The position numbers and the translations under genes are program-made. A DNA stretch of 64,000 bases, taken from a virus. Shown here one piece after another: positions 7,797 through 19,100 of this stretch; position 1 is the first letter of the stretch; the number at the start of each line of letters is the position of its first letter. Where the stretch lies: the IMG/VR virus record IMGVR_UViG_3300015199_000002, positions 1 through 64,000 of that record, one strand, 5' to 3'. The notes under the pieces were generated by a model that saw nothing but the letters and a program-made list of their open reading frames with translations, was not told the DNA's origin and searched no databases.

Positions 7797-9377
7797 CTAC
7801 TGTGCCTGATTGTTTCCGTTGTCGTTAAAAAGATTTTCCATATGCTGCCTATAATCCGAATTCGTCTGCATTAACACGTAGTTAGTGGCACCCAAGCTTG
7901 TAGCTCCACGAGACATCGCCTGCGTCAACTGCTCCGCCCACGGCCCCAGCGCCGCCGGTGTTGCTCTTAGAACATCCGCGAGTTTGTCCGCCGACACCGC
8001 GCCCATGCTGGCTAACCTAGGCCTCAAGGCCTTAGTCACTAGCCCCGCGCCCGCGCCGACTACAGTGCCCAAGGGGCCGCCGCCAATGGCATGCCCAATA
8101 CTTGCGCCTACGCCGCTAGCTCCAATGTCCAGCAGCCCCCCAATTGGACTTTGATTGAGCACGTCTGCCCGCTTCTCGGCAGCTTCCTGCGCAGGTATCA
8201 GTATGTGCTGGGTAGTCTTGGCTTCTTTAAATGCCTGTCCTGCCTCGGGACTTACGGATTTTGCGGCATCTTCGCCAGCTTCTCTATATGCGTTCGCGAC
8301 AATCTTATTGGCTTCCAACTCGTTTGAATCAGAGTTGCTGCTCCACTTAGCAGCCTTGTCAAACCCTCGCCGTATCTCTTCGGATTGACCGAGCGGTATT
8401 TCTGATCCACTGTCACCCACCGCATTGGTGATGTCTTCTAGCTTGGACTCAAGCTTAGTAGCAAGAGGGGCTTTACTGGGGTCGCCCGACATGGCACTTA
8501 TCTTATTTCTGATATAGTCATAGACGTCGTTACTGTCGACAGTCGCTTTAGACAGTTCGCCGCTCATAAGGCCAGATTTTTGTGCCTCGGCAGCGTCCAT
8601 GGCTCCTTGGGCGTTTCCGGCTATGTCTGAAGGACTGGACCCGAAGTTAACAATGTCTCGATCAAGAAGTTCTCGACCGGTATTGGGTGTGAATAAGCCC
8701 CGCTGCTTACCGGTCGCCCCGGTCGCCTTCTCGGCCATATTCTCCGCAGTGCTTTTCAATGAGGACGGATTTAGAGCATTTGAGATGCCTTCGGCTACTC
8801 CGCTGACAGCTCCGCCCACCAATGCCCCTTTTAACGCTTCTGCTGCCCCGTCATTGACACTGGACGGGTTCCCGTACCCTACCCCTGCGGCGGCGCCCAT
8901 TCCAGCGCCTACGGCCATTCTGCCAAGCGATGTGGTAGCTCCCATGCCGCCCGTAAGCAGGCCTGTACCGACCCCGCCGGCTAGGTTGGCCCCGCCGTAG
9001 ATATAGGGGTGCGCGGCTTGGGCGGCGGCATTAGATGAGGTTGCCTGGGCTTCTCTCTGATTGTAAAGATCACTTAATGATTTACCCTGGTCGTTACCAA
9101 GGACTTTGTCCATTAGGGCGTTGCCGGCACCTTCGATGCGGTTACTAAAACCCATCGTGGCGCCCTGAGCGGCACCTCGCATTGCGGATTCAGCTTCACT
9201 AGGGGCGGCTGCGGCCGGAGGCGCAACCGCGGGGTGCTCGTCCCAGTTGAAGGCCTGTGGGGAAGCTGCAGCGGCAGCAGGGACCTGTGCAGGCGCCTGA
9301 GATGGTACAGCAGGGGCGGGTTGCTGCATAGGAGCGGCTGCTGGCACTGCTTCGTAATTATCCCAATCGAATGCCAT
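7797..9377 (-). CDS. Internal virion/ejection protein
   Basis: Ala/Gly-rich with Gly-zipper segments; last of the ejection cluster. Confidence 0.65.
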   Translation of the reverse strand: MAFDWDNYEAVPAAAPMQQPAPAVPSQAPAQVPAAAAASPQAFNWDEHPAVAPPAAAAPSEAESAMRGAAQGATMGFSNRIEGAGNALMDKVLGNDQGKSLSDLYNQREAQATSSNAAAQAAHPYIYGGANLAGGVGTGLLTGGMGATTSLGRMAVGAGMGAAAGVGYGNPSSVNDGAAEALKGALVGGAVSGVAEGISNALNPSSLKSTAENMAEKATGATGKQRGLFTPNTGRELLDRDIVNFGSSPSDIAGNAQGAMDAAEAQKSGLMSGELSKATVDSNDVYDYIRNKISAMSGDPSKAPLATKLESKLEDITNAVGDSGSEIPLGQSEEIRRGFDKAAKWSSNSDSNELEANKIVANAYREAGEDAAKSVSPEAGQAFKEAKTTQHILIPAQEAAEKRADVLNQSPIGGLLDIGASGVGASIGHAIGGGPLGTVVGAGAGLVTKALRPRLASMGAVSADKLADVLRATPAALGPWAEQLTQAMSRGATSLGATNYVLMQTNSDYRQHMENLFNDNGNNQAQ

Positions 9378-11395
9378 TATTGTGCCAACTTTCCGCCTGC
9401 GTCTAGGGCAGACTGAAGTTTACTTGCAGGGATCGCTCTGGTGGACCCGTCTGGAGCTATGACGTTAATAGTTCCTTCAGAACTGGGAGATCTACCAGCA
9501 GAAGGCGCAGATGGCATAGGAACGCCAGAGATCTTCTGATATGCAGAGTCAACCGGCTCCCCAGATAGCTGGGAGTATTGTTTGGCATGTCTTAGTACGA
9601 TAGCATCTCTTTCGCTAGTGGCTGAGTTCTTAAGCGCCTGCGCTACTTGTTTGAAATAGTTGTAATTATCCGCGCTGATAGTCCCGCTCGCTGCGTCTTT
9701 ACCGATCTGCTCGAGCTTCTGCATGACTCCGCCCTGATTGCCACCTAACTTCGATAATTCGGCCTGGTTGATCCTTTGACCGTTAACCATACCTCGTGCC
9801 ATTTGAATAGGCACTGCGGACCAAGCAACCGGGTTCTGCTTAGCCAGATCAAGATTAGCCAGTGCAGATTCAGCAGTCGCTACCCCTTCATTGGCTTTCT
9901 TGGCTTCGTTATTGGACTGAGTCTGGGCGTTCATTAGGTGCTGCGCCGTAGTCTTATCAATACCCACCCCAAGCCTTGCCTTCATCATCTCAAGCTGAAG
10001 CTGCTTAGAAGCTTCTGTAGCCTTTTCTTTACTGATGAACTCAAGCGGGTTCTGCGCGTATTCTTTGATTTCGCTTGCGCTCATGCCATTCAAAACTTCT
10101 GACGGTAATCCTGTTCTTTGAAATATGGGGCCGTAGACACCGCGCATTTGTTTAGAGAGAGCACTATTTGGGTCGTCAGCCTCTTGAGTCGCCTGAGCCT
10201 TCATCATCTCTTGCTGGGTCTGAAGCGACTTGGCGCCGGCGGCTTGGCTAGCGACGACATTCTCGGCAGGAACATTAGCATTTTCATCAAGTTGTTTGAA
10301 CGCACCGGCTTCGAACGGTTTGTTCGAGGCGTAAGTAGAAGAGGCTAGCATTCCGCCTGCACCAGATAGCCCGGCTATGAGTCTGTTCTTATTAGAAACC
10401 TGCTGCGCGTTTTCTAGCTCCTGGCGGTCCTGGAGGTACTTCGCAAGTACTGGATTCACCGATGTGGGGGCAGCAGGACTCTGGGCAGGGGCGGACGTGG
10501 AGTGAGCTACGGGTGTAGCCGCTTGTTTGCTGGTTACTTCGGAATCACCGGATTCCATACCCGGGGTGAGATCTTTATACTTATCGCTAACCATGTCGAA
10601 TAGGGAAGGAGAGGCTCCCAGCCCGACAGGAGGAGGCAACGAAGAGGCGTCAACTGCATCCATCTTTATGTCTCGAGACCTCTTGGTAGCAGCATCTTTC
10701 GCCTTGGACTCATCTGGATCTCCTTCTGGGGCGCCAGGAGTTGATTTTAGCATCTCATATGCAACAGTAAGGGGCAGTCCTAACTTGGACGCCAATGCGC
10801 CTGCAGCACGCATAATAGAGCCTTCGGAAGCAGCAGAGGCGGCCTCCGGAAGTACCGCTGGTAGGTTGCTTGAAGCTTCTGGGATTACCGCTGGTAGGTT
10901 GCTTGAAGCTTCTGGGATTACCGCTGGTAGGTTGCTTGAAGCTTCTGCGGCAGCCTCAGCGGTACCTTGTCCTGCTAATGGAGCCAGCCCTCGTTCTCCT
11001 ATAACCGCAGGCAGTTCTTTAGGAGCCAGGACCTCTGCGGCTTGCTCGGCGGTGCTAGGACGCGGCATAGCGTTTTGATTAACTATATCTTGAGCGTATG
11101 GCTTAGACATTAATTCGTTGTAATCAGGAAGAGTCGATGATGCGCCGGAACTCTGTGAAGGAAGTTCATAGGACATTGCTTTATAATTAGCTAACTGCTC
11201 CGGAGATAGCGCATCGGCTAAAGTCGCGTTGCCCTCAAGAGGAACAGTACCACCGTCTGCGTACCTCTTCTCATTGGGGTGTGCATTGTGTAAAGAGGCA
11301 GCAATCGCAGATGCAACAGAATGGCCAGCTTTTACCATTTCTGAGATGTTCTTCGATATAGTGCTCTGACTTGTTCCTGATTTAAGAGGAGGCAT
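9377..11395 (-). CDS. Internal virion/ejection protein
   Basis: Probable start MPPLKSGTSQSTISKNISEM (track start 11434); YADGGTV motif; helical C-terminus. Confidence 0.65.
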   Translation of the reverse strand: MPPLKSGTSQSTISKNISEMVKAGHSVASAIAASLHNAHPNEKRYADGGTVPLEGNATLADALSPEQLANYKAMSYELPSQSSGASSTLPDYNELMSKPYAQDIVNQNAMPRPSTAEQAAEVLAPKELPAVIGERGLAPLAGQGTAEAAAEASSNLPAVIPEASSNLPAVIPEASSNLPAVLPEAASAASEGSIMRAAGALASKLGLPLTVAYEMLKSTPGAPEGDPDESKAKDAATKRSRDIKMDAVDASSLPPPVGLGASPSLFDMVSDKYKDLTPGMESGDSEVTSKQAATPVAHSTSAPAQSPAAPTSVNPVLAKYLQDRQELENAQQVSNKNRLIAGLSGAGGMLASSTYASNKPFEAGAFKQLDENANVPAENVVASQAAGAKSLQTQQEMMKAQATQEADDPNSALSKQMRGVYGPIFQRTGLPSEVLNGMSASEIKEYAQNPLEFISKEKATEASKQLQLEMMKARLGVGIDKTTAQHLMNAQTQSNNEAKKANEGVATAESALANLDLAKQNPVAWSAVPIQMARGMVNGQRINQAELSKLGGNQGGVMQKLEQIGKDAASGTISADNYNYFKQVAQALKNSATSERDAIVLRHAKQYSQLSGEPVDSAYQKISGVPMPSAPSAGRSPSSEGTINVIAPDGSTRAIPASKLQSALDAGGKLAQ
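10853..10947. repeat. 33-bp in-frame tandem repeat, ~2.9 copies
   Basis: TACCGCTGGTAGGTTGCTTGAAGCTTCTGGGAT, encoding EASSNLPAVIP on minus strand. Confidence 0.95.
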
Positions 11396-12521
11396 GTTTG
11401 TGCATCTTTCTGGCCAGGTGGAGGAGGGCCTCAAAGTCTGATTCTGGAGTATCTTTTTCTGCTTCTACTTCTCCGCCTTCAGCCATCAGTCCGGCGCTAG
11501 GGAGATTAGGGTCTACTGTATTTCCTGAATAATCATTGCTGGGAGTGCTTGGCTTTGCACTATTGTTGTACTGGCCGATAGCGCCTGCGCCTTTAGCTGC
11601 GGCCTGCCCAATACCAGACCACATATTCCCCGTGTTGGTGGCATTTAAATTTGCTTGCCCTGCCACTCCGTTATATGCGTTTGCTTTTCCGGCAGCCAGC
11701 TGAGCTTGGTTATTAAATTGCTGTTGCAACAATCCTTTATTATACACTTCTTGCTGGTTTTTGGTGCCAGTGTTCGCATTGGCTATGGACTGGGCATTAG
11801 CCAAATTTGCAGCTTGTGCTGAATTCTGCGCTCCGATGTTTGCGTTCGCGATATTCTGCGAGTTACTCGTGTTGAATCGGTTGATCGCATCCTGGGCCTG
11901 TTTCGCTGCTGCCGCCTGGGAATAATCCGATGCGTTCAAAGCACTACCCGCAGTGCTCGCATTACTCATAGCCTGCAACGCGCGGGCCTGGGCGTTCGCC
12001 GCCGCAGCCTGTCCGCCAGCTGCCGCCTGATTGGCGTCCCCTTGGGATGCCTGAAGTTCTGCCGCTAGCTGAGCCCCTGCTCCGCCTTCGCCGCGTGCTG
12101 CGAAGTTCTGAATAATAGCTCCGCGCTGACCCTGCTCGTTAGCGTTGGCTGCGTTGATCGCCTGCTGCGATTGCTGCAGTGCTTGAGCATCAAGGCCACC
12201 GTTCTGCGCCAGATTCTGCATTTGGGTGAGGGCGCCGACTTCCGCAGATCTGCCGGTGGACGGCAAAGCCATGTTATTAAGTCCAGTTTGACTCTGCTGA
12301 AACGCCGTCTCCATGGCAGGAGAGAGTTGCCCAGTGACTGCATAGTTCTGAAGCTCAATCTGCTGCTGCTTAGGATCGGGTACGTTCACCGACAGCCATT
12401 GATTTAATGCGTCCTGCTTTGCTTTTGCGGCAGCGTCTGCTGCGTTTGATGCCGCGATGCTGCCCGCGATCGTACTTCCTAATCCTACTACTCCTGCCGT
12501 AACAAGGCCGCCAGCGGGCAT
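11382..12521 (-). CDS. Ejection/DNA-pilot-like protein
   Basis: N-terminal hydrophobic Gly/Ala segment, Gln/Ala/Asn-rich body; follows GNAT gene. Confidence 0.7.
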   Translation of the reverse strand: MPAGGLVTAGVVGLGSTIAGSIAASNAADAAAKAKQDALNQWLSVNVPDPKQQQIELQNYAVTGQLSPAMETAFQQSQTGLNNMALPSTGRSAEVGALTQMQNLAQNGGLDAQALQQSQQAINAANANEQGQRGAIIQNFAARGEGGAGAQLAAELQASQGDANQAAAGGQAAAANAQARALQAMSNASTAGSALNASDYSQAAAAKQAQDAINRFNTSNSQNIANANIGAQNSAQAANLANAQSIANANTGTKNQQEVYNKGLLQQQFNNQAQLAAGKANAYNGVAGQANLNATNTGNMWSGIGQAAAKGAGAIGQYNNSAKPSTPSNDYSGNTVDPNLPSAGLMAEGGEVEAEKDTPESDFEALLHLARKMHKHASS

Positions 12522-12523
12522 AA

Positions 12524-12982
12524 TTAACTCCTAACTTTCTTTTCAAACTTAAATGCTATTAACTTCTTGCCGTCTATTTCAAAGTCTTTTATCTTCTCGC
12601 CGTGCTTGCGATAGAACTCAATGGCGGGGGTATTCTTAGAGTACACCGCGGTATAGAACGGGGACTCAACTGAATCCTCAACTGCCGTCCAAAACTCTTT
12701 CATGAACCCACTGTTCCTAAACTCGGGCTTCACAAAGATCAGATTAACGTATTTACCGAACTCGGTACCGAAGTATCCGGCAAGCTCTGGTCCTTCGTAC
12801 ACTTCGTAGAAGTTAAATGAACTCAAGTCAAATGTAGTTTCTACGTCATTGATGGTTCTGGAAACAGCCTGCTCAAGAGAAGTGGGTGCTTCTATGTGCC
12901 ACGTAGACAATAGGGCTGAATCAGATGCAAAGCATTCCCTGATAGCGGCTTCCAGATGATTTGAGTTCTCTACAATGCGCAT
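12524..12982 (-). CDS. GNAT-fold acetyltransferase-like protein
   Basis: IFVKPEFRNSGF...VYSKNTPAIEFYRKHG. Confidence 0.8.
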   Translation of the reverse strand: MRIVENSNHLEAAIRECFASDSALLSTWHIEAPTSLEQAVSRTINDVETTFDLSSFNFYEVYEGPELAGYFGTEFGKYVNLIFVKPEFRNSGFMKEFWTAVEDSVESPFYTAVYSKNTPAIEFYRKHGEKIKDFEIDGKKLIAFKFEKKVRS

Positions 12983-15720
12983 TATTTATTCTTTTTCTTT
13001 TCGAGTTCTTCTTTTACGAACTCTTTAGCTTTATCGGGGGCGTTAGGCGCTTGTGAAACATCTCTCGGCAAAATAATCTCGTGAGGACTAACGACGGCCC
13101 GCACCAAGTCGTTACTGTAGCTATTGGTTCCTGAAGGAGTCTTGCCCCTTCCTGGCACTTCTCCGCCGGCCAAGTAGTTCTGAATCCCGCTGAAGTTGTC
13201 CATCGCTCCGCCGTAAGCTTTTTCATTCCCTATAGAAGGATAATGCGCATGAACCTGTCTGCGTACTGTGGCTTGTTCTTCTGGCGTTCCGAATTGAGCT
13301 ACTCTAGACAACGCATTGCGAGCATGATCTATGTCATGTATCGGGTATTTGTGCTGGGCAGGCAACGCGAAGTTCTTGGGAGCGATATGGGCGCGGGCGT
13401 TGGCATCTAGAACTGTTCCGCCCTTGGCGTACTTGTTCGATCCGTCTTCATTCAAAGAAGCCTTTTCCGGTGACCCAACTGGATCTGGCTTCTCTTCTGT
13501 GTTCGTGTAAGTATTGGACAGCCCGTCTTCTGACAAGTTAGCACGAACAGGCATAGACACTGGGTTTGGTATGTCTTTAACCATATCATACATATTAGAT
13601 ACGCCATCTTTGGCCAACATTGCCTTCTCCGGCATCCCGATGACTTCGCCGCCCTCAGCGTACTTAGCTTCAGGAATCTCGGTTATTACTGCCTTAGGCT
13701 TACTAGCACCAAGGTACTTCATAAGAGAATCGAAAGAAGCCTGCTTCGCTCCCGTGTTCGAGGGAGCAGTAGTTCCGCGCTCTGTTTGATATAGATCCCC
13801 TCTTCCCTCCGGAAGCTGTACTACTTTGCTAGCATCCACGGGGTAGCCTACTTCTCCACCTTCTGCAAATCCTGGCATCTTGGGAAGTTTATAATCAGGG
13901 CGCTGAAGTTTGGGTATACGCGGTTCTTTTGGAGGTCCTGAGATCTTATCTCCTGCAACGGAGGGGAGTCCTCCATGAGCCATCATTCCACCGTAAGCCA
14001 TTTTCTTTAAAGGGTCCATATTACTTTCTACTTCTCCACCTTCGGCAAAGTTAGGCGCTAATCGCGGTGCGCGGGCAAATGCAGGCTTAGTTGGAGTCGC
14101 TGCTGGTGCCGGCATGTCAGTGCCTGAGGGTTTAATCGCTGTAACGGGCGTAGGAGGCATCACACCGTTAGGGTTTCCTTGCCCAGGATTAACTCTACCG
14201 GTAGTGGTGTTTACTCCAGGTTGCCCTATCGTGCTGTTTAATGTGTTTTGTATTCCGCTCCATTGGGAGTTTAGGTTTGACAAAAATTGCGTGTTTTCCT
14301 GATTTTTCAAGGCAGGCACGTCGGCCGAATTTAAAATATTCACAGCTTCGCCTAGGTTATCTTTATTGACAATACCACCAGGAAATTTTGACGGATCAGC
14401 TGACTGTAAGATGCCCTGCATGATCCCAAAACCACCGGTGGCAGCGCCATAGTTGTTTAAAGAATCAACCGCTGTTTGCTGTGACCCTGCAAGCTCCTTC
14501 TGCGCGGTCTGAACCCCTGTGTTAAACCCAGTTGTGTCAAATGAATACGGGTTAGCCCCTGTCCCAGCCTGAGAAAGGTAGGAAGATGGAAGATAATTAG
14601 CAGCACCTGGCCCGCCTAGTTGTGCCAGAGCGGCGGCCTCTGCGTACTGCTGGGGGGTTGCGATGTTATATAGAGTAGACCGGGCGCTAGCGGATAGGTA
14701 TTTCCCTAGATCCACTCCGTAGTTTTTCTGCCCGTTCGTAAGCCCCAAAGCAGCCAGCGTTTCCGGAGTATATAAATTATTTTTAATTTCCGCTTGAACA
14801 GCAGCAAATGCGGCGGGGTTAGAGGCCTGCATCGCGGACAGCCGAGAAGATAGATCGCCCTGAAAGGAGCTATTGGTGCCGGATAAAGCGTCTCGGGCAG
14901 CCTTAGCGGTAGCAGCATCCGTAGAAATGGCATTCTGTGCAGACTGATTCGCATTGTTAGTGGCATTACCTAGAATCTGATTAAGGCCGCTCCAATTCGA
15001 GTTGACATTAGCCAGGGATTTTTGTGCGTTAGGATTTCCTTCAACAAGTGCCTGATCAAGAGCATTCTCACCGTGGCTGTATCCTGAAGGGCTCGCGTTG
15101 CCGTACTGTTTCTGTAGGAGCAGGTCTCTGCCGGCTTCGGACTTAGTTTGATTAACGGCGTTCTGCGCGTCGCCGACCGCCTGAGATGCTGCGCCATACC
15201 CTGCCTGCGCGGTATAATCTGTTGGACCAGAGTAGGTGGCATTGGCCTGCTTCTGGAACCCAGACACTGCGTTTGGATCTATTGATTCTCCCGCCTTAAC
15301 ACCGGTAGCGGCAGAGATCCCGGAGTTCACTGCGTTAGGATCCGCGGGAATAGTGCTTTTAGCTACCTGGGAGTTGAAATCGTTTGATAGGCCGTTAACT
15401 GTGTTTGTGGCGTTTTGAGCCTGGGTGTTTGCGCCGCTTGCGAGCTGATTACCCATATCGGCGGCTTGGGAGGAGTTGGCATCAAGATACTTAGAGAGAT
15501 TAGTGAATCCGGTATTGCTCGAGTTGGCGGTTACGGGTTGCCCGCTACTCTGGGCGCCGGCAGGGGAAGCAGTGGGCGGGGCGTTACCAAATAGGCCACC
15601 ACTGCCTGCGGAAGTCTTAGGGTTGACCTCAGCAGCATTAGACTGATTCAGAGCGGCCTTCTTATCCTCTTCCGTCTGCCCAGGCGTCTGATTTTGATTT
15701 TCGTCGCTTAAATATGCCAT
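12982..15720 (-). CDS. Large internal virion protein with modular AxGG-punctuated C-terminus
   Basis: Ala/Asn/Gln-rich N-terminus; 8 AxGG-type motifs; FALP..KYPI.D..HARNAL module. Confidence 0.7.
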   Translation of the reverse strand: MAYLSDENQNQTPGQTEEDKKAALNQSNAAEVNPKTSAGSGGLFGNAPPTASPAGAQSSGQPVTANSSNTGFTNLSKYLDANSSQAADMGNQLASGANTQAQNATNTVNGLSNDFNSQVAKSTIPADPNAVNSGISAATGVKAGESIDPNAVSGFQKQANATYSGPTDYTAQAGYGAASQAVGDAQNAVNQTKSEAGRDLLLQKQYGNASPSGYSHGENALDQALVEGNPNAQKSLANVNSNWSGLNQILGNATNNANQSAQNAISTDAATAKAARDALSGTNSSFQGDLSSRLSAMQASNPAAFAAVQAEIKNNLYTPETLAALGLTNGQKNYGVDLGKYLSASARSTLYNIATPQQYAEAAALAQLGGPGAANYLPSSYLSQAGTGANPYSFDTTGFNTGVQTAQKELAGSQQTAVDSLNNYGAATGGFGIMQGILQSADPSKFPGGIVNKDNLGEAVNILNSADVPALKNQENTQFLSNLNSQWSGIQNTLNSTIGQPGVNTTTGRVNPGQGNPNGVMPPTPVTAIKPSGTDMPAPAATPTKPAFARAPRLAPNFAEGGEVESNMDPLKKMAYGGMMAHGGLPSVAGDKISGPPKEPRIPKLQRPDYKLPKMPGFAEGGEVGYPVDASKVVQLPEGRGDLYQTERGTTAPSNTGAKQASFDSLMKYLGASKPKAVITEIPEAKYAEGGEVIGMPEKAMLAKDGVSNMYDMVKDIPNPVSMPVRANLSEDGLSNTYTNTEEKPDPVGSPEKASLNEDGSNKYAKGGTVLDANARAHIAPKNFALPAQHKYPIHDIDHARNALSRVAQFGTPEEQATVRRQVHAHYPSIGNEKAYGGAMDNFSGIQNYLAGGEVPGRGKTPSGTNSYSNDLVRAVVSPHEIILPRDVSQAPNAPDKAKEFVKEELEKKKNK

Positions 15721-15755
15721 TGTGGAGTCTTTATAGGCGTAAGTGCCTCTCTTTT

Positions 15756-15763
15756 AAGGGACA
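15756..15763 (-). promoter_or_regulatory. TGTCCCTY motif, candidate late promoter element
   Basis: Same motif and orientation at 30769, 33932, 46816, all intergenic ahead of gene starts. Confidence 0.55.
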
Positions 15764-15764
15764 T

Positions 15765-16163
15765 TTATCCGCCCGTTGACCAAAAGGTGGCAGTGTACGA
15801 CTTCCCTGAAGTCAACCCTGTGATGTTATTGATAGTAATTACTCCGGCGCCATAACTCCATGCCACAGTCGTGGGCGACGTTATAATGGCAGCTTGCGAG
15901 GACGCATCCAGTATGTTAATGAGAAGCACACCTACTGGTTTACTCGAATACGACCAGTTAATCGTGGTCTTGGGACTGCTGCCGCTAATTGACACCGTGT
16001 TCACCTGGGCTAGCATATTGTCTTGCAAGGTAAGCCCGTTATTCAGCGCGGCGTACACTGACCCCGCAAACAGGTTCAATACATACAAGAACTTAGTAAT
16101 CCAAGCTCCAGCACTTTGGTAATCCTCGGCTAGGAACCTTTTTAAGATGGGGAGTTTAGCCAT
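15765..16163 (-). CDS. Small tail protein
   Basis: Position after nozzle; beta-rich C-terminus. Confidence 0.6.
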   Translation of the reverse strand: MAKLPILKRFLAEDYQSAGAWITKFLYVLNLFAGSVYAALNNGLTLQDNMLAQVNTVSISGSSPKTTINWSYSSKPVGVLLINILDASSQAAIITSPTTVAWSYGAGVITINNITGLTSGKSYTATFWSTGG

Positions 16164-16165
16164 GG

Positions 16166-19100
16166 CTACCTTCCCGTCCTGGTAGAGATATACCGGAAGC
16201 TAAGCGCTATGCCCTCGACCTGAAATTGGCTCCACGCTTCTTGGCACAGGAACTGCACGCTAAGGAGATCGCACCGCTGCTTCTCTAGCGGGACATAGGT
16301 ACGAACTGGGAGCGATTTAAACACGCCGCCCCAAGGGATCATGCCCCAAGGGAAGAAGCCCCACACCCCACCAGTGTTGCCGGGGAACGGGTCCACGTCT
16401 ATGGAGCCAGATACATCGCTATAGAACGCCAAGGAGGCCGTATTGAACGAGTTCTGCTTAAGTAGTATCGCAGCCTCACTCCACTGCTTTAAATAGCCTG
16501 GCTGCCCATTGGCTGCGTTAGGGACCCATTCTACTTGGCAGGCGATGGCCTTTTCTATGAAAGTGGGGGCGCTCATGTTCCAGGTCAGCAGGTTGGACAC
16601 AGTCACCGTCAGATTTATGGGGTCAACTGCCGTTATGGTGGCGTAGACTGAACCTGATTGGAATAGCAGGTCGCCCACAGTAGCGTCAATAACTTCGTTC
16701 AAGGTTATCACGTACTGGTTTATAGCGGAGATGGTTACGCTAATAGCTTCGTCCGCGAAGTCCGTATTAAGCCCGTTCTTACGTTCTTGGTTGATATAAC
16801 TCGTTGTTGGATCGGTCACGTATAGCTTATTATCGGCCAGAAGGATCAAACCGCTGCTCTGGTCTCTCGTCCATCTAGTCCACGCTCGTGTAAAGATGTT
16901 GTACACAAAGGCCTGGTTGGAGAAGGTGTCGCCCACTTCGCTGATGGTCCAAAGGATGTACTGGCGGTCAGTTTCGTACCCCACGCCGAAGCTGAAGTAG
17001 GACGTGGCGGTTAAGGCTTCGCTGAAAAGGGGGAGGAGCTGATCTTCGATGTTTCGGCTAAGCACCTCTACGCCTGTGTCTGAGATGGACACCACGCCCT
17101 GGGACGTGAGTGCATAAATCTGGTTAGCCAAAGGAGCGGCTGATTCTGGGGCGAGGAGCACCGCAGTCGGGTCTAGTGAGTCTATATTAAATGACGACGG
17201 GCCGGCACCCGTGCATCGGAAGATACCGTCCTCTTTGAGGATCATCAGGGAATCACGAAGTGCGATAATTCTTAGGATCTTCTTAGCGGCACTCCCCACA
17301 TAAAATATATTCAAACTGGGAACAGCATCTGGTTGCTGTTGTTTAGAGTACATCAGACCGTTTAGGTTTGTCTGATTAGTTGACGAAACCTTAATCCCAG
17401 AAGCAGGGAGCGTAGGCGAATACGCAGTGCCCGTACCATTAGCGGGCTGAGGTCCGCCAGTAGTGATTGAGTAAAAGGATCCCCCTAGGAATCTTTCTTC
17501 TATTTGAATCATCCCGGGAAGCCCTGAGCCAGAGGAGACGTAGTAAGCGTAAACAGAGGTGTTGGTGCTGCTCTGGTTAATTACGCGACAAAGAGAGAGC
17601 GCGGTATCGTTAACGTTCTGCGCGGCGCTACCCGTGGTTACTAGCTGGAACTGGTTTGATCCGACAATCTCACTACTACCCGCGGTGTACGTAGTCCCAG
17701 CTATGGTAATGGTGCTGTTTAATTGAACCCCATTAGTTCCGGCTACCGCTAGGATTGAGAAGGGCAGAACCTGCTTCGTTCTGGTATTACCGAAGAACAG
17801 GCAGTTTCTGAAGGTAGCGACGTCTGCTGCGAAAGGAGGGAGTTCGTTGGCCTGTAGGATGCCTTCTTGCGTTTGATTTGTGTACAACGCTGCACCGCGT
17901 AGGCTGTCTGGAACTAGATCCAGAATGTTTATGGTAGAAACGCCGCCGGTTAACGATGATGGTCCCGCCGGAGACTGCAAGGTGCCGGAAGACACGAGCA
18001 CCAAGGACACTATAGCCGATGCGGCGGCGCTAGCGGTAACTGCATTAAAGACGTTCTGCGCAGTAGATACGCCAGATTGCACTTGAACTTTTACTTCTCC
18101 CCCAGAAAGGGAAGTAGGACCGCCCGTAACCTGGGTGTTCCCTCCGGCGCCGGATATGGCTACCGATACGATGTTAAGTGCCGGGACGCTGGCATTTATG
18201 GCCGCGAATATCTGAGCGGCAGTAGAAACGCCAGATTGAATCTGAACGACTATTTTATTTCCGGACACGGTAACTATTTCAGATCCTGCGACTACCCCCG
18301 CAGGAGAAGTATACTGAACGGATACTAAATCGCCCAGGCCGGCCAAAGCAACCGAAGTGTATGTTAGATCCTGTACTACAGCATTGCTCGGCAAAACAGC
18401 AACAACTTCTGATCCTGCGGTTCCTCCGCCGACGTAGGCTACTTTGATGTTGGTAGAAATTGTTCCCGATAGGACGGACGTGTAAGTGTTCCCTTGTAGA
18501 GTCAGTGTACTTCCGGAGGTAGTTCCTTCGAAAACAAGTTGCATGTTATCGTCAGGAGTAACCAGGGTCACTGTGCCCCCAGATAGCGTCGTTGTAGTCG
18601 TAGTTTGAGTGTTAGTTCCGGCTCCGGTTATCACTGGAGTTACTATGCTTGTTACGACTGAGTTGCCGACGAGAGCGTTGAATATAGTCTGGGCTGTGGT
18701 TACGCCTGAGTCTATCTGTACGCTTATGCTTCCACCAGTTAGGAAGGTAGGAGCGGTAGTAGTCACTGCGCTGGCGCTAGATCCTGAGATGGATATGAGA
18801 GCAAGCGCTGGAGTGCTGGCGTTGATGGCCGCCTTAACTTGATTCTGAGTGGATACGCCTGATTGGATGCCTACAGTTATGGCGTTACCGATCACAGTAA
18901 CGGTTTCTGATCCAGCTACTGCTGTATTGGCATAGGCGATGCTTATTTGATTTCCCAGGCCCCCGGCTAGGTTAGAGGTGTACACCAATGAACCCAAGGT
19001 TAGGGTACTATAGTTCACGGTCAGTACGGCCGTGTCGCCGACACCACCACCGGTGTAGATAATGTTTATGTTATTGCCCGCAGTTCCTTCGAAAGCAGGG

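Noticed and set aside
12982-15720. Tape measure protein or long-tail module
   Set aside because: No tube, sheath, baseplate or tail chaperone recognised; order adaptor-nozzle-GNAT-ejection fits a short tail
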